Positions 55,428-64,000 of a DNA stretch of 64,000 bases are shown here, piece by piece. Source of the DNA: an uncultured Micavibrio sp. GTDB taxonomy: Bacteria > Pseudomonadota > Alphaproteobacteria > Micavibrionales > Micavibrionaceae. Where the stretch lies: NCBI GenBank assembly GCA_963977105.1, contig CAXBNI010000002.1, positions 44,675 to 108,674 on the forward strand, in the 5' to 3' direction. The position numbers were made by a program, and so were the translations under genes. Below the pieces are notes generated by a model. The model saw nothing but the letters and a program-made list of their open reading frames with translations, made no database searches and was not told where the DNA came from. How positions within the stretch are numbered: position 1 is the stretch's first letter; each line of letters begins with the position of its first letter.

Positions 55428-57065
55428 TTAAAGTACAGGCGCACCATTTGCAGGCGCTTCATGCTTAGGTCGCTCGGCCTTTTCTTGGCTGCTTATACGT
55501 GCGCGTATAGAATCAAGCACATCCGCCGATAATACGTCGTCCCCAACGCAGCAATCTGCAGACGTTTTCACAGCCCAGGACTTTTCACCGCGTATTGCCA
55601 CTTGCCCATGGGCAAGAATGCGTGATGGCCCGTCAACGCTGCCTAATATATCAATATTACCGCCCGCATGGATTTCAACCCTACCGCTAACATTGCCAAT
55701 AATGCGAACATTTCCCGTTGTTTTAATAATGACTTTTCCAAGCATGTCGCCATTAATAACAACATCCTCATTTCCCGCATCAATTTCAATTGCACCCTTC
55801 TTATAGCTGCTTTCTTCAACAGGCATTTTAACAGGGCGCCCATCTTCACCACGCACCACTTTAGTGACCATTTTTGCATTGCGGATGCGACCATCAACCT
55901 GACCATCAATAAAGGCACCATTACAATGCAGCTTTAAAGATCCAGAAAGAGCGACATTATCTGGCTTTTTATCTGCATGGTTAACAGCATAACTCCCGAC
56001 CTTTAAACCGCCCTTAATATCAAAACCGTTTTTACCCGACCATGAACGCTGCACTCCATCAATGCCGCACATCACATGAAGGTCAACATTGCCGTAGTCG
56101 CTATACGCTGCATTCAAATGCATAGGAAGGCCAAAATGAGGGCTTGATGCGCCGCCTTGTGGGTAAATAGCCTGCTCACGCGCACTTTGCTGAAAGCTTT
56201 TTCGCGCGGCATTCTGTTCATCTTCAAAGTCTGCATCCACACCTTCAGGCAAGCTTGCCCTTGGATCTTCCTCTGCCTCAAACTCCTCTTCAGGCTCATC
56301 CACCCATGCCGATTCGCCATCAACTGTGTGGCCGATACGTTTTTGTTGGGGCGCGGGCTCTGGGCGCGGTGGTGCTTCTATGTATTCACCATCAACGTTT
56401 TGTGATTCGCCCGCAGCATCAGCCTCTGCGATTGGCGCGTTGGCATCAACGACGCGCACATCTTTTATCTCTGCATCCCCTTGATCAAAATCAGCCTGCA
56501 CATCCTGCTGCTTATGTTTTAAATCCCAGCTATACTTATGATAGGTCACCATGAAGCGATTGAGCAGCTGCTGAATTTTTTGTGCATCAGCATCATCTTT
56601 CAGTTCAAAATTACTGCCAGAAACAACACTATCTTCTAAATGCTTATAATAAGCGGCAAGTGCGTTTTCTTCGCCATCAGGGGCGAATTGTCGACCAACG
56701 AGCTTATCATTCTTTTGCGCATGGCTCTGCCCCTGCAGAAGTTCTGGCTGTGCGCGTAATTGTTCATTATATATTTTTAATTTTTTAGGGTCGGCAAGAA
56801 CAAGGCGATAGATAGAAGCCTTATTCGCAAGGTCAGCAATAAAGCCCTGCGTTTCGTCATCGCCCCATTGGGAAAAAGTATCTTTAATATGCTGCGGTAC
56901 ATCTAACTTTATGTTTTTCGTGATTAACTTATCAAGTTTGACGCCGTACACTTGCTCAATATTTTCAAAAGCCTGCTTAATGCGCTTCTTATCACTCTCA
57001 AAATCATCTAAGCCTAAGAATAAGTACACATTCTCAAAATTACTCTTCGCTTTTTCTTCACTCAT
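55428..57065 (-). CDS. hypothetical protein with a C-terminal bactofilin/FapA-like beta-helical repeat region
   Basis: 545 aa with an acidic central linker. The C-terminal third carries repeats of the type VVINGDMLGKVIIKTTGNVRIIGNVSGRVEIHAGGNIDILGSVDG, resembling polymer-forming bactofilin-type beta-helices. Confidence 0.65.
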   Translation of the reverse strand: MSEEKAKSNFENVYLFLGLDDFESDKKRIKQAFENIEQVYGVKLDKLITKNIKLDVPQHIKDTFSQWGDDETQGFIADLANKASIYRLVLADPKKLKIYNEQLRAQPELLQGQSHAQKNDKLVGRQFAPDGEENALAAYYKHLEDSVVSGSNFELKDDADAQKIQQLLNRFMVTYHKYSWDLKHKQQDVQADFDQGDAEIKDVRVVDANAPIAEADAAGESQNVDGEYIEAPPRPEPAPQQKRIGHTVDGESAWVDEPEEEFEAEEDPRASLPEGVDADFEDEQNAARKSFQQSAREQAIYPQGGASSPHFGLPMHLNAAYSDYGNVDLHVMCGIDGVQRSWSGKNGFDIKGGLKVGSYAVNHADKKPDNVALSGSLKLHCNGAFIDGQVDGRIRNAKMVTKVVRGEDGRPVKMPVEESSYKKGAIEIDAGNEDVVINGDMLGKVIIKTTGNVRIIGNVSGRVEIHAGGNIDILGSVDGPSRILAHGQVAIRGEKSWAVKTSADCCVGDDVLSADVLDSIRARISSQEKAERPKHEAPANGAPVL

Positions 57066-57152
57066 AACAGCCTCAATACCCCAAAATTATTATTCTTCAC
57101 TTACTATTCTTCACTACCATGTATAAACACAAAGGGTTAATTTTTTCTATAT

Positions 57153-58646
57153 TTATGTGAAAAGAACCTGCCCGATGGATTTCTTCCACCCCGCTAACGC
57201 TTCCGTGCGCCTATCAGCGGGCATATCTGCCTGATAACGTTTATCAAGCTGCCATTTTCTGCTCACATCATCTAAGTCTTTATATAGCCCTGCATGTAGC
57301 CCCGCCAAATACGCCGCGCCCAAAGCCGTGGTTTCGGTAATAAGTGGCAGCTCAACAGGCTTATCGAGAATGTCTGACAAATACTGACACATAAAACCAT
57401 TACTGACGAGACCGCCATCGCAGCGCAAAGCCGCAATCTCCCCGCCGCTATCAGCCATGAACGCCGCCATTAAGTCCTGCGTTTGGTATGCCTGCGCTTC
57501 AATCGCGGCACGGGTAATATGCGCTTTGTTACTTTCACGGCTCAGCCCCAAAATCGCCGCCTTGGCATCAGGCGCCCAATATGGCGCGCCAAGCCCCGTA
57601 AAGGCAGGCACAAAATACACGCCGTTACTGTCTTCCACCGATAACGCAAGCGCTTCGCTTTCACTCGCATTGTCAAAGAATGACACATTATCACGCAGCC
57701 ACTGTATCGCCGCCCCTGCCACAAAAATAGAGCCTTCTAGCGCATAAGTGATTTTGCCACCAATTTGATATGCAATTGTCGTGAGCAGCCTGTTTTGTGA
57801 AGCTTTAAAGCTATCCCCAATATTCATCAGCACAAAGCAGCCTGTCCCATAGGTAGACTTCACCATGCCTTTGGTAAAGCACGCCTGCCCGATTAAGGCC
57901 GCTTGTTGATCCCCTGCAACGCCGCCAATCTGCAGCGCCTTGCCTGCATAATCGCTATCAATCATGCCGAAATCATGAATATTGTCACAAATTTGCGGCA
58001 GCATCGACTCAGGAATATCGAACAGCGCCAGTAAATCCGTATCCCACGTCCCCTTTTCAATATTCATCAACATTGTACGTGATGCATTTGTCGCATCAGT
58101 ATAATGGCGCTGTCCTTTAGTTAAATGCCAAATCAGAAAGCTATCAACGGTGCCAAAGGCAAGCTGCCCTGCATCGGCCTTGACGCGCGCGCCATCAACA
58201 TTATCTAATATCCATGCAATTTTGCTGGCTGAAAAATAAGGGTCGAGAAGCAGGCCTGTTTTATCTGTTATCGCGGCTTCATGACCTGCGTCTTTTAATC
58301 TCTGGCATAGATCTGCAGTGCGGCGGTCTTGCCAGACAATCGCATTATATATAGGCTTGCCACTTTCACGATCCCAAATAACCGTCGTCTCGCGCTGATT
58401 GGTTATACCTGCCGTGATGACATCAAAGCCCTTATCAGTGGCTTCCTGCAAAGCCGCCTTTATCGCCCAGAGCGTATCAGCCCAAATATCATTCGCGTCT
58501 TGCTCTACCCAGCCTTTATGCGGGTAATGTAACGTCAGTTCCTTTTGCGCAAGCGCGATAATCTCGCCAGCAGCGCTAAAAACTATGGCGCGGCTGCTTG
58601 TTGTGCCTTGGTCAATGGAAAGGATTGCTTTGTCGGTCATACTCAT
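57153..58646 (-). CDS. glpK: glycerol kinase
   Basis: 497 aa with ILSIDQGTTSSR, GITNQRETT and GGAGDQQAAL-like (GVAGDQQAALIGQ) FGGY-family motifs. Confidence 0.96.
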   Translation of the reverse strand: MSMTDKAILSIDQGTTSSRAIVFSAAGEIIALAQKELTLHYPHKGWVEQDANDIWADTLWAIKAALQEATDKGFDVITAGITNQRETTVIWDRESGKPIYNAIVWQDRRTADLCQRLKDAGHEAAITDKTGLLLDPYFSASKIAWILDNVDGARVKADAGQLAFGTVDSFLIWHLTKGQRHYTDATNASRTMLMNIEKGTWDTDLLALFDIPESMLPQICDNIHDFGMIDSDYAGKALQIGGVAGDQQAALIGQACFTKGMVKSTYGTGCFVLMNIGDSFKASQNRLLTTIAYQIGGKITYALEGSIFVAGAAIQWLRDNVSFFDNASESEALALSVEDSNGVYFVPAFTGLGAPYWAPDAKAAILGLSRESNKAHITRAAIEAQAYQTQDLMAAFMADSGGEIAALRCDGGLVSNGFMCQYLSDILDKPVELPLITETTALGAAYLAGLHAGLYKDLDDVSRKWQLDKRYQADMPADRRTEALAGWKKSIGQVLFT

Positions 58647-58669
58647 ACTCCCAGCGCATAAGGGCTTCG

Positions 58670-60163
58670 TTATTTTTGAAAACGATCAATATAGTCTTGT
58701 AAAGCATCGCGCTGCACGGGCGTATAATGCAGACCTAATTTTGTCCGCCGCCATAATATGTCATCCGCCTGCACCGCAAATTCTTCGCGAAGCAGATAAT
58801 CAACCTCTGCCTGATACAGGCCGCAGCCAAAATCAATTCCGCCTGTTAAGCCAGCCTTAAGCCCCTGATCGATAATAACTTGCGCACGACTACCATATTG
58901 GCGCGCCCATCTTTGCGCGACCGTACGGCAATGTGCGGCGTCCCCGTCAGGGCAGAGTGCCTGCACGCCATCATATAATGTATCAGCATTTAACTTACCG
59001 CCAAGCCCGCCGGGCAAAATGCTGCCCTTTGTCCACGGCGCACGCGGCGTTAGTTTTGAGAGTGCCTTTTCCGCTAAGACGCGATAGGTTGTGATTTTAC
59101 CGCCAAATATTGACAGCAAAGGCGCGCCGGCAGCATCGCTGCGTTCCAGCACGTAATCACGTGTGACAGCAGATGCATTATTCTCGCCGCTATCTAGTAA
59201 GGGGCGCACGCCGCTGTAACTCGCCACGACATCATTCGCCGATATTTCATCACGTAGATATAAATTCACTGCCTTGCAAAGGTAATCAACTTCATCATCA
59301 CTGATTTGAACCGCCGCAGGATCCCCTTGATATTCGATATCCGTCGTCCCGATTAAACTAAATTCATCTTCATACGGTATAATAAAAACAATCCGCCCAT
59401 CGGTCTGCTGTAATATATAACACTCATCCCCCTCAAACAGGCGGCCCGTGATAATATGAGAACCCTTCACGAGACGAATATCATGCGTCTGCGCATTGGC
59501 AAGATCATTACCATCCAAGAAGTCACGCACCCAGGGCCCCGCAGCATTAACAAGCTGCCTCGCCTTAATCGTTTGCCCAGCAAGCACGCCGCTTGCTTTT
59601 AAATGCCACAGTCCATCATGGCATGACGCAGATTCGCAGCGCGTATAATTATAGATATCAGCCCCATGTTCGCAGGCGTCGATCGCATTCAAAATAACCA
59701 TCCGCGCATCATCAACCCAACAATCCGCATAGGAAAAGCCTTTTTTATAGGCCGTTTTTAACTTATCCGGGTTCAGTCTCACCATCTTAGAGCCTGCAAG
59801 CTTTTTACGCCCACCTAAATGGTCATATAAAAACAGCCCCATGCGGATAAGCCATGCAGGGCGCATATCGCGGCTATAGGGCAGAATAAATTCAAGCGGC
59901 CAAATAATATGCGGCGCCATATTTAATAAAACTTCACGTTCTTTAAGTGCCGCGCGCACTAAGCCGAATTCGTAATATTCTAAATAACGCAGCCCGCCAT
60001 GCACTAACTTGGTAGAGGCTGATGATGTCGCCGAGGCAAAATCCCCTTGCTCTAATAACAATACAGATAGACCACGCCCCGCCGCGTCACGGGCAATGCC
60101 CATGCCGTTAATTCCGCCGCCTATAATTGCAATGTCATATATCTGTTCTGTCATAACGCGCAT
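58670..60163 (-). CDS. glpD: aerobic glycerol-3-phosphate dehydrogenase
   Basis: 497 aa with a YDIAIIGGGINGMGIARDAAGRG FAD-binding N terminus. It is immediately upstream of glpK. Confidence 0.95.
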   Translation of the reverse strand: MRVMTEQIYDIAIIGGGINGMGIARDAAGRGLSVLLLEQGDFASATSSASTKLVHGGLRYLEYYEFGLVRAALKEREVLLNMAPHIIWPLEFILPYSRDMRPAWLIRMGLFLYDHLGGRKKLAGSKMVRLNPDKLKTAYKKGFSYADCWVDDARMVILNAIDACEHGADIYNYTRCESASCHDGLWHLKASGVLAGQTIKARQLVNAAGPWVRDFLDGNDLANAQTHDIRLVKGSHIITGRLFEGDECYILQQTDGRIVFIIPYEDEFSLIGTTDIEYQGDPAAVQISDDEVDYLCKAVNLYLRDEISANDVVASYSGVRPLLDSGENNASAVTRDYVLERSDAAGAPLLSIFGGKITTYRVLAEKALSKLTPRAPWTKGSILPGGLGGKLNADTLYDGVQALCPDGDAAHCRTVAQRWARQYGSRAQVIIDQGLKAGLTGGIDFGCGLYQAEVDYLLREEFAVQADDILWRRTKLGLHYTPVQRDALQDYIDRFQK

Positions 60164-60466
60164 ATATTAACACAAAAACAGCATTCCTCCATAGGGGGCA
60201 GGTAAAATAAACATCCAATATAGATTATATAGTTGATAGGTTGCAACAGATGATGATACAATGGTTACGTAAACTAAAATTGGATTAGAGAGGCGTAAGC
60301 GGGGATTCACACGATCCTCCCTTATTAAGACAAACCTCTCTAATTTTTTTTGGCTATATATTTCATGAAAAACATCTGCGCAAATAATCAAATAACGCGA
60401 GTAAGCATTGGCGCAATATCTCTTTGGGTTTAGAATAAAGGCGAATATAAAGGTACACACGTCTTT

Positions 60467-62608
60467 ATGAAGCATCTAAAATCTCGGCGTCCCCTTCTGG
60501 CGCTCATTTCATTTACAGCCCTTATCCCCTTTGCTGCACCAAGCTTTGCAGCGGATACATCCGTGCGCCCTGCTGCATTTAAGACCATCACCCTAAAATC
60601 AATCTACGGGCAGGCGGGCACATTAACAACGCCAACTGCACGCCATTTCAAGACAGGTACGCTTAGCGCCCATATTGGTACATTAGACCCTTATGTGCAT
60701 TTCGGCCTTGGTTTACAATTATTTGATGGGCTGCACGCGCAAATGCGTCAAAGCGCTGAAATATCAAGCGTTCAAGATGACGCAAACCGCTTATTCCCCG
60801 GCATTGACCTTAAATTACGCCTGATGCGCGAAACCCAGCGCCGCCCTGAAATATCCATGGGGCTAAGCTCAGCCATTGGCCATAAACGAATGGCAGGCGA
60901 ATACATCGCCGCAACGAAACGCTTTGGCGATTTCGACCTCACAACAGGACTTGGCTGGGGGCGCTTTGGCAGCGCCGCACATTTTGACAATCCGCTTAGC
61001 GCCCTCGGCGGTCATTTTAAAAGCCGCCGTCCCTTAGATGGCGAAGACGCCAACAGCCCTGATGATTGGTTCACAGGCAACAGCATTGGCTTTTTCGGTA
61101 GCATCACATGGCAAAGCCCAATAGACGGTTTAAGCCTCAGCGCAGATTATGGCGCGGATCGTTATCGCGCAGAAAAAGCGGCCATTAACAGTTTCGACAG
61201 CCCTGCGCCCTATAGCATCGGCGCATCATATGCGCCGAAGAAATGGGCAAGCTTTAGTGTCGGCCTCAGCGGCGCTGATAAAATCATGGGGCAGATCCAC
61301 CTAAGCACCCCCATGCAAGATGCCAAAACCCACAGCGCAAAACGCTACACCGAACGCGCCTTACCGAACCGCCTATGGCATAAAATACGCGGCAGTACCG
61401 ACACCAACATCTGGCCAGAAGATAACCCTGACGCCTTTATTTCCAGTACAGAGTATAACAATCACGAAAAAACCATCCAGATTGAAACCGCAGGTCAGCA
61501 TGAAACCCTGCCGTATATTATCGGCAAGGCAAGCAAAGAACTGATAAACAAAAGTTATGCCGAGCTGCGCAGGGTTGAAGCGCTCCCTATGCGTTACGGG
61601 TTACAAGGGCCGAAGATTAAAATTCTCAGACGTGACCTACATCATGCATCAGTTGACAATATTGGTAGCGCTGAAGAAATTTGGCAAAACGCCCAAATAA
61701 CAAAAAAATCTTTTAAACCTGCGAAGCCAAGCCGTGAGTATCAAAAGCAAACCGCCAAGTTCTGGGGATTTACTTTAGAAAACCATATCAGCCTTAATGA
61801 GGAAGATAACGGTACACTGATGCGCAGCGCGCTGCTCGTCTCGCGCCGTATTCCTGTCGGACGCCATTTTCTATCGATCAACCGCGCGCGAATAAATTTA
61901 TTTAATAATCTCGAAGGCTTAAAATACCTCCGCTTATCGGACGCGAAAACTGTGCGCGGTAATGTCGAAGATTTCGCCGCCAATAGATTCGGCTACGATC
62001 AAGCCGCTGCCGTATATAACCGCACACTATTCAATAGTCTGCATGTTGCGATGAGCGCAGGGTATTTAGAAGAAATGTATTTTGGCGGCGGCGCAGAAAT
62101 ACTTTACCGTCCGTTTGATAAAACATGGGCGATTGGCGCGGAGATATTCGATGTCATAAAACGCAACCCGTTCACCCTCGGCGCAAGCGGCTTTGAAGAT
62201 GGCACCAACACCATAACAGGCCATGTTAACACTTATTACGAAGTGCCCAACACTGACGCCACCATCGGCCTGTCCGCAGGGCGTTATCTTGCCAAAGAAT
62301 ATGGCGCGACACTCTCCATCGCGCAGAATTTTAGGAATGGTACGATGCTCAATGGCTTTGTGACCTCCACCCAAAAACAAGACCAAGATGTCTTTGGCGG
62401 GACAACGCATTTATATGGCGGCCTGAATTTAAGCGTACCGCTCGGGGCGTTATCATTCCTGCCAAATGGTTCGGCAGCGACTTTAAAAACATCTCCACTC
62501 GGGCGCAATGCAGGGCAGAGGCTAGGCAAGCCGTTTGCTCTCTATGATGAGACCGAACAGCTTTCCCGCCGCCATATTATTCAAAACTGGGCTGATATCA
62601 CGCCGTAA
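60467..62608 (+). CDS. yjbH: YjbH-domain outer-membrane (lipo)protein
   Basis: 713 aa with a signal peptide. Motif-level collinearity with my recollection of E. coli YjbH: TPTAR near the N terminus, DLKLRL, FDLTTGLGWGRFGS, GYLEEMYFGGGAEILYRP and PLGRNAGQRLGKPFALYD near the C terminus. Confidence 0.78.
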   Translation: MKHLKSRRPLLALISFTALIPFAAPSFAADTSVRPAAFKTITLKSIYGQAGTLTTPTARHFKTGTLSAHIGTLDPYVHFGLGLQLFDGLHAQMRQSAEISSVQDDANRLFPGIDLKLRLMRETQRRPEISMGLSSAIGHKRMAGEYIAATKRFGDFDLTTGLGWGRFGSAAHFDNPLSALGGHFKSRRPLDGEDANSPDDWFTGNSIGFFGSITWQSPIDGLSLSADYGADRYRAEKAAINSFDSPAPYSIGASYAPKKWASFSVGLSGADKIMGQIHLSTPMQDAKTHSAKRYTERALPNRLWHKIRGSTDTNIWPEDNPDAFISSTEYNNHEKTIQIETAGQHETLPYIIGKASKELINKSYAELRRVEALPMRYGLQGPKIKILRRDLHHASVDNIGSAEEIWQNAQITKKSFKPAKPSREYQKQTAKFWGFTLENHISLNEEDNGTLMRSALLVSRRIPVGRHFLSINRARINLFNNLEGLKYLRLSDAKTVRGNVEDFAANRFGYDQAAAVYNRTLFNSLHVAMSAGYLEEMYFGGGAEILYRPFDKTWAIGAEIFDVIKRNPFTLGASGFEDGTNTITGHVNTYYEVPNTDATIGLSAGRYLAKEYGATLSIAQNFRNGTMLNGFVTSTQKQDQDVFGGTTHLYGGLNLSVPLGALSFLPNGSAATLKTSPLGRNAGQRLGKPFALYDETEQLSRRHIIQNWADITP

Positions 62609-62613
62609 GCGTA

Positions 62614-63519
62614 TTATAAAATTGGCGTATCGCGGCCAGACATTAGATTTAATGCCGTAATTTGTTCATCACGTACGGCTTTACGCTGATGATAACCTTG
62701 CGAACGGCGCGTTGATGATGAAACGCAGCCGACGCCGAATGAGCCGATGGCAAAACCTAGTACCATGCTAAACCACGCCGCCCCTGTCAGGCTATCATAA
62801 TCATATTGTTGATAGGCGCTTTGATTTTTGATTTTGCTGTCATCAAAATAAGATTCCGTATTATTTTGATGCTTACGATAATAATCCCACTCGGTAACCG
62901 CTTTATTAAACGTCGCACGATACAAGGATAGATTATCACTTTCTGCGTCATATCCTTCAGACGCTTCAACGACATCTTGCAAGCTCAGCGGCGTGGCGTC
63001 ATCATCAATAATATCTTTACGCAGCGTATAAAACTTATCATGTATGTCATAGACGATCGCGGGGGCGCTATACTCAACATTAGTGACAATGCTGAATTCA
63101 TCGGCGAAACTAAAGTCACCCTTGCGTGCATTGGCCCGTAGATCTGACATACAGTGATCAATTCTTTCATATAAATTTTGCTGGGTATGGAGCGGCTGAA
63201 TGTCACTCGTTTCAGAATCTCCACGTGAGAGCTCCAGCGTGCCATCCGGTTTCTGCGATATCAAGTAACGATAGCTATCCAAATTACAATCATCAGGAAA
63301 ACGCAACAAAGCACCATCGCCATGGATCGCTAAGTCTTCTTCAAGATGCGCGCTGAAATCCTGCGCAGAATCCAAGTGCACAAACCCGATAAGTAGCGCT
63401 GAAATTGAGCCCGAAATACCGCCATAAATGACGCTATGCGATACACTCTCACCAGTCATACCGCTAAATGCGTAATCAACGCCGCCTTTAAACTTTATCC
63501 ATTTTGATTTTATGCTCAT
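62614..63519 (-). CDS. hypothetical membrane protein, SGRDTPIL-tail family, paralog 1
   Basis: 301 aa with an N-terminal hydrophobic segment, a C-proximal TM (AAWFSMVLGFAIGSFGVGCV), a basic stretch and a terminal ...LMSGRDTPIL. Confidence 0.7.
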   Translation of the reverse strand: MSIKSKWIKFKGGVDYAFSGMTGESVSHSVIYGGISGSISALLIGFVHLDSAQDFSAHLEEDLAIHGDGALLRFPDDCNLDSYRYLISQKPDGTLELSRGDSETSDIQPLHTQQNLYERIDHCMSDLRANARKGDFSFADEFSIVTNVEYSAPAIVYDIHDKFYTLRKDIIDDDATPLSLQDVVEASEGYDAESDNLSLYRATFNKAVTEWDYYRKHQNNTESYFDDSKIKNQSAYQQYDYDSLTGAAWFSMVLGFAIGSFGVGCVSSSTRRSQGYHQRKAVRDEQITALNLMSGRDTPIL

Positions 63520-63530
63520 TGGCTATTCCT

Positions 63531-64000
63531 TTATAGAATTGGCGTATCGCGGCCTGATAAGGCGTTAATGGCGCTTAAACGCTCTCTGCGCTTTGCGGCG
63601 CGCGTTTCGTATGCACTGCTGCGGCGCGTATCACCGCCTGCGATCATGAACAAAGCAAGCAACCCAACGCCGCCCACAGTTTTACCCCATGTCGCAAAGC
63701 TCATGCTGTGATATTCATATTGTGCGTATTGATCCGCATTTTTAATCTCGCCGCTAGCGTAATAAGGCTCTGTCTGGTTATCATTACGGCGGTATTCACC
63801 CCATGAGTTCGTAGCCTGTTTGAACGCAGCGCGGTAAAGCGCCTTATTGTCGTCATCTTCGACATAGCCCTCATTATTTTTGACCATCGTCTCCATCGTC
63901 ATCGTTTCGCTATCACCCATATTAAGAATATCTTTATACAGCCATGTTTCTTCTTCCGTTAAATCATGGATCAATCCTGCTTCGGAATATTCAACGCCAG
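63531..64000 (-). CDS. hypothetical membrane protein, SGRDTPIL-tail family, paralog 2 (5' end truncated by the window edge)
   Basis: The ORF-track start at 63974 is a TTG. The frame stays open to position 64000, and the upstream residues GVEYSEAGLIHD align with VEYSAPAIVYDIHD of paralog 1, so the gene continues beyond the window. It ends ...ALSGRDTPIL. Confidence 0.7.
   Translation of the reverse strand, partial: GVEYSEAGLIHDLTEEETWLYKDILNMGDSETMTMETMVKNNEGYVEDDDNKALYRAAFKQATNSWGEYRRNDNQTEPYYASGEIKNADQYAQYEYHSMSFATWGKTVGGVGLLALFMIAGGDTRRSSAYETRAAKRRERLSAINALSGRDTPIL

Noticed and set aside
60167-60475. 102-aa minus-strand ORF between glpD and yjbH
   Set aside because: It has an AT-rich, hydrophobic, low-complexity translation and no RBS, and it overlaps the yjbH start. 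It is more likely the shared promoter region.

Overview
This is a 64-kb chromosomal segment, most likely from an alphaproteobacterium. The basis is inference from synteny and gene content: infA-maf-rng, erpA-dgt-SPOR protein, a stand-alone sdhB, an IalB-family protein, hmp/nsrR and a type-A RNase P RNA. GC looks mid-40s % by eye; I computed nothing. I support about 60 protein genes, two tRNAs (Thr-GGT, Phe-GAA) and rnpB.

Recognisable housekeeping genes:
- NO detoxification: hmp and nsrR, with a near-consensus NsrR box between them.
- Deoxyribonucleoside catabolism: deoB, deoC and an ALDH fusion, divergent from punA.
- Others: ndk, lpdA, dnaK-dnaJ, ampD-like amidase, msrA, murA, dcd, xthA, erpA, dgt-like, sdhB, infA, maf, rng, glpD-glpK, yjbH.

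Between these lie lineage-specific blocks with no homolog I can name, and they are mostly arranged as tandem paralog sets:
1. Four small genes (12229-13494) with conserved N and C termini, a hypervariable centre and exactly 13-nt spacers.
2. Two ~415-aa paralogs, the second tightly followed by a PfkB kinase and a CDA-fold deaminase carrying a 180-aa extension (17181-21908).
3. Two ~312-aa paralogs with GExH / GxAHxxG motifs reminiscent of the ChaN/Tiki/TraB superfamily (28948-30935).
4. Two or more membrane proteins ending in SGRDTPIL (62614 to the window edge).
5. Two giant autotransporters with identical signal peptides, next to tRNA-Thr, an IalB-like protein and two paralogous lipoprotein hydrolases.

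I saw no transposase, integrase, phage structural gene, CRISPR array or rRNA. The best candidates for an undescribed system are sets 1 and 2. All functional calls rest on motif-level recognition by eye; no database search was possible.
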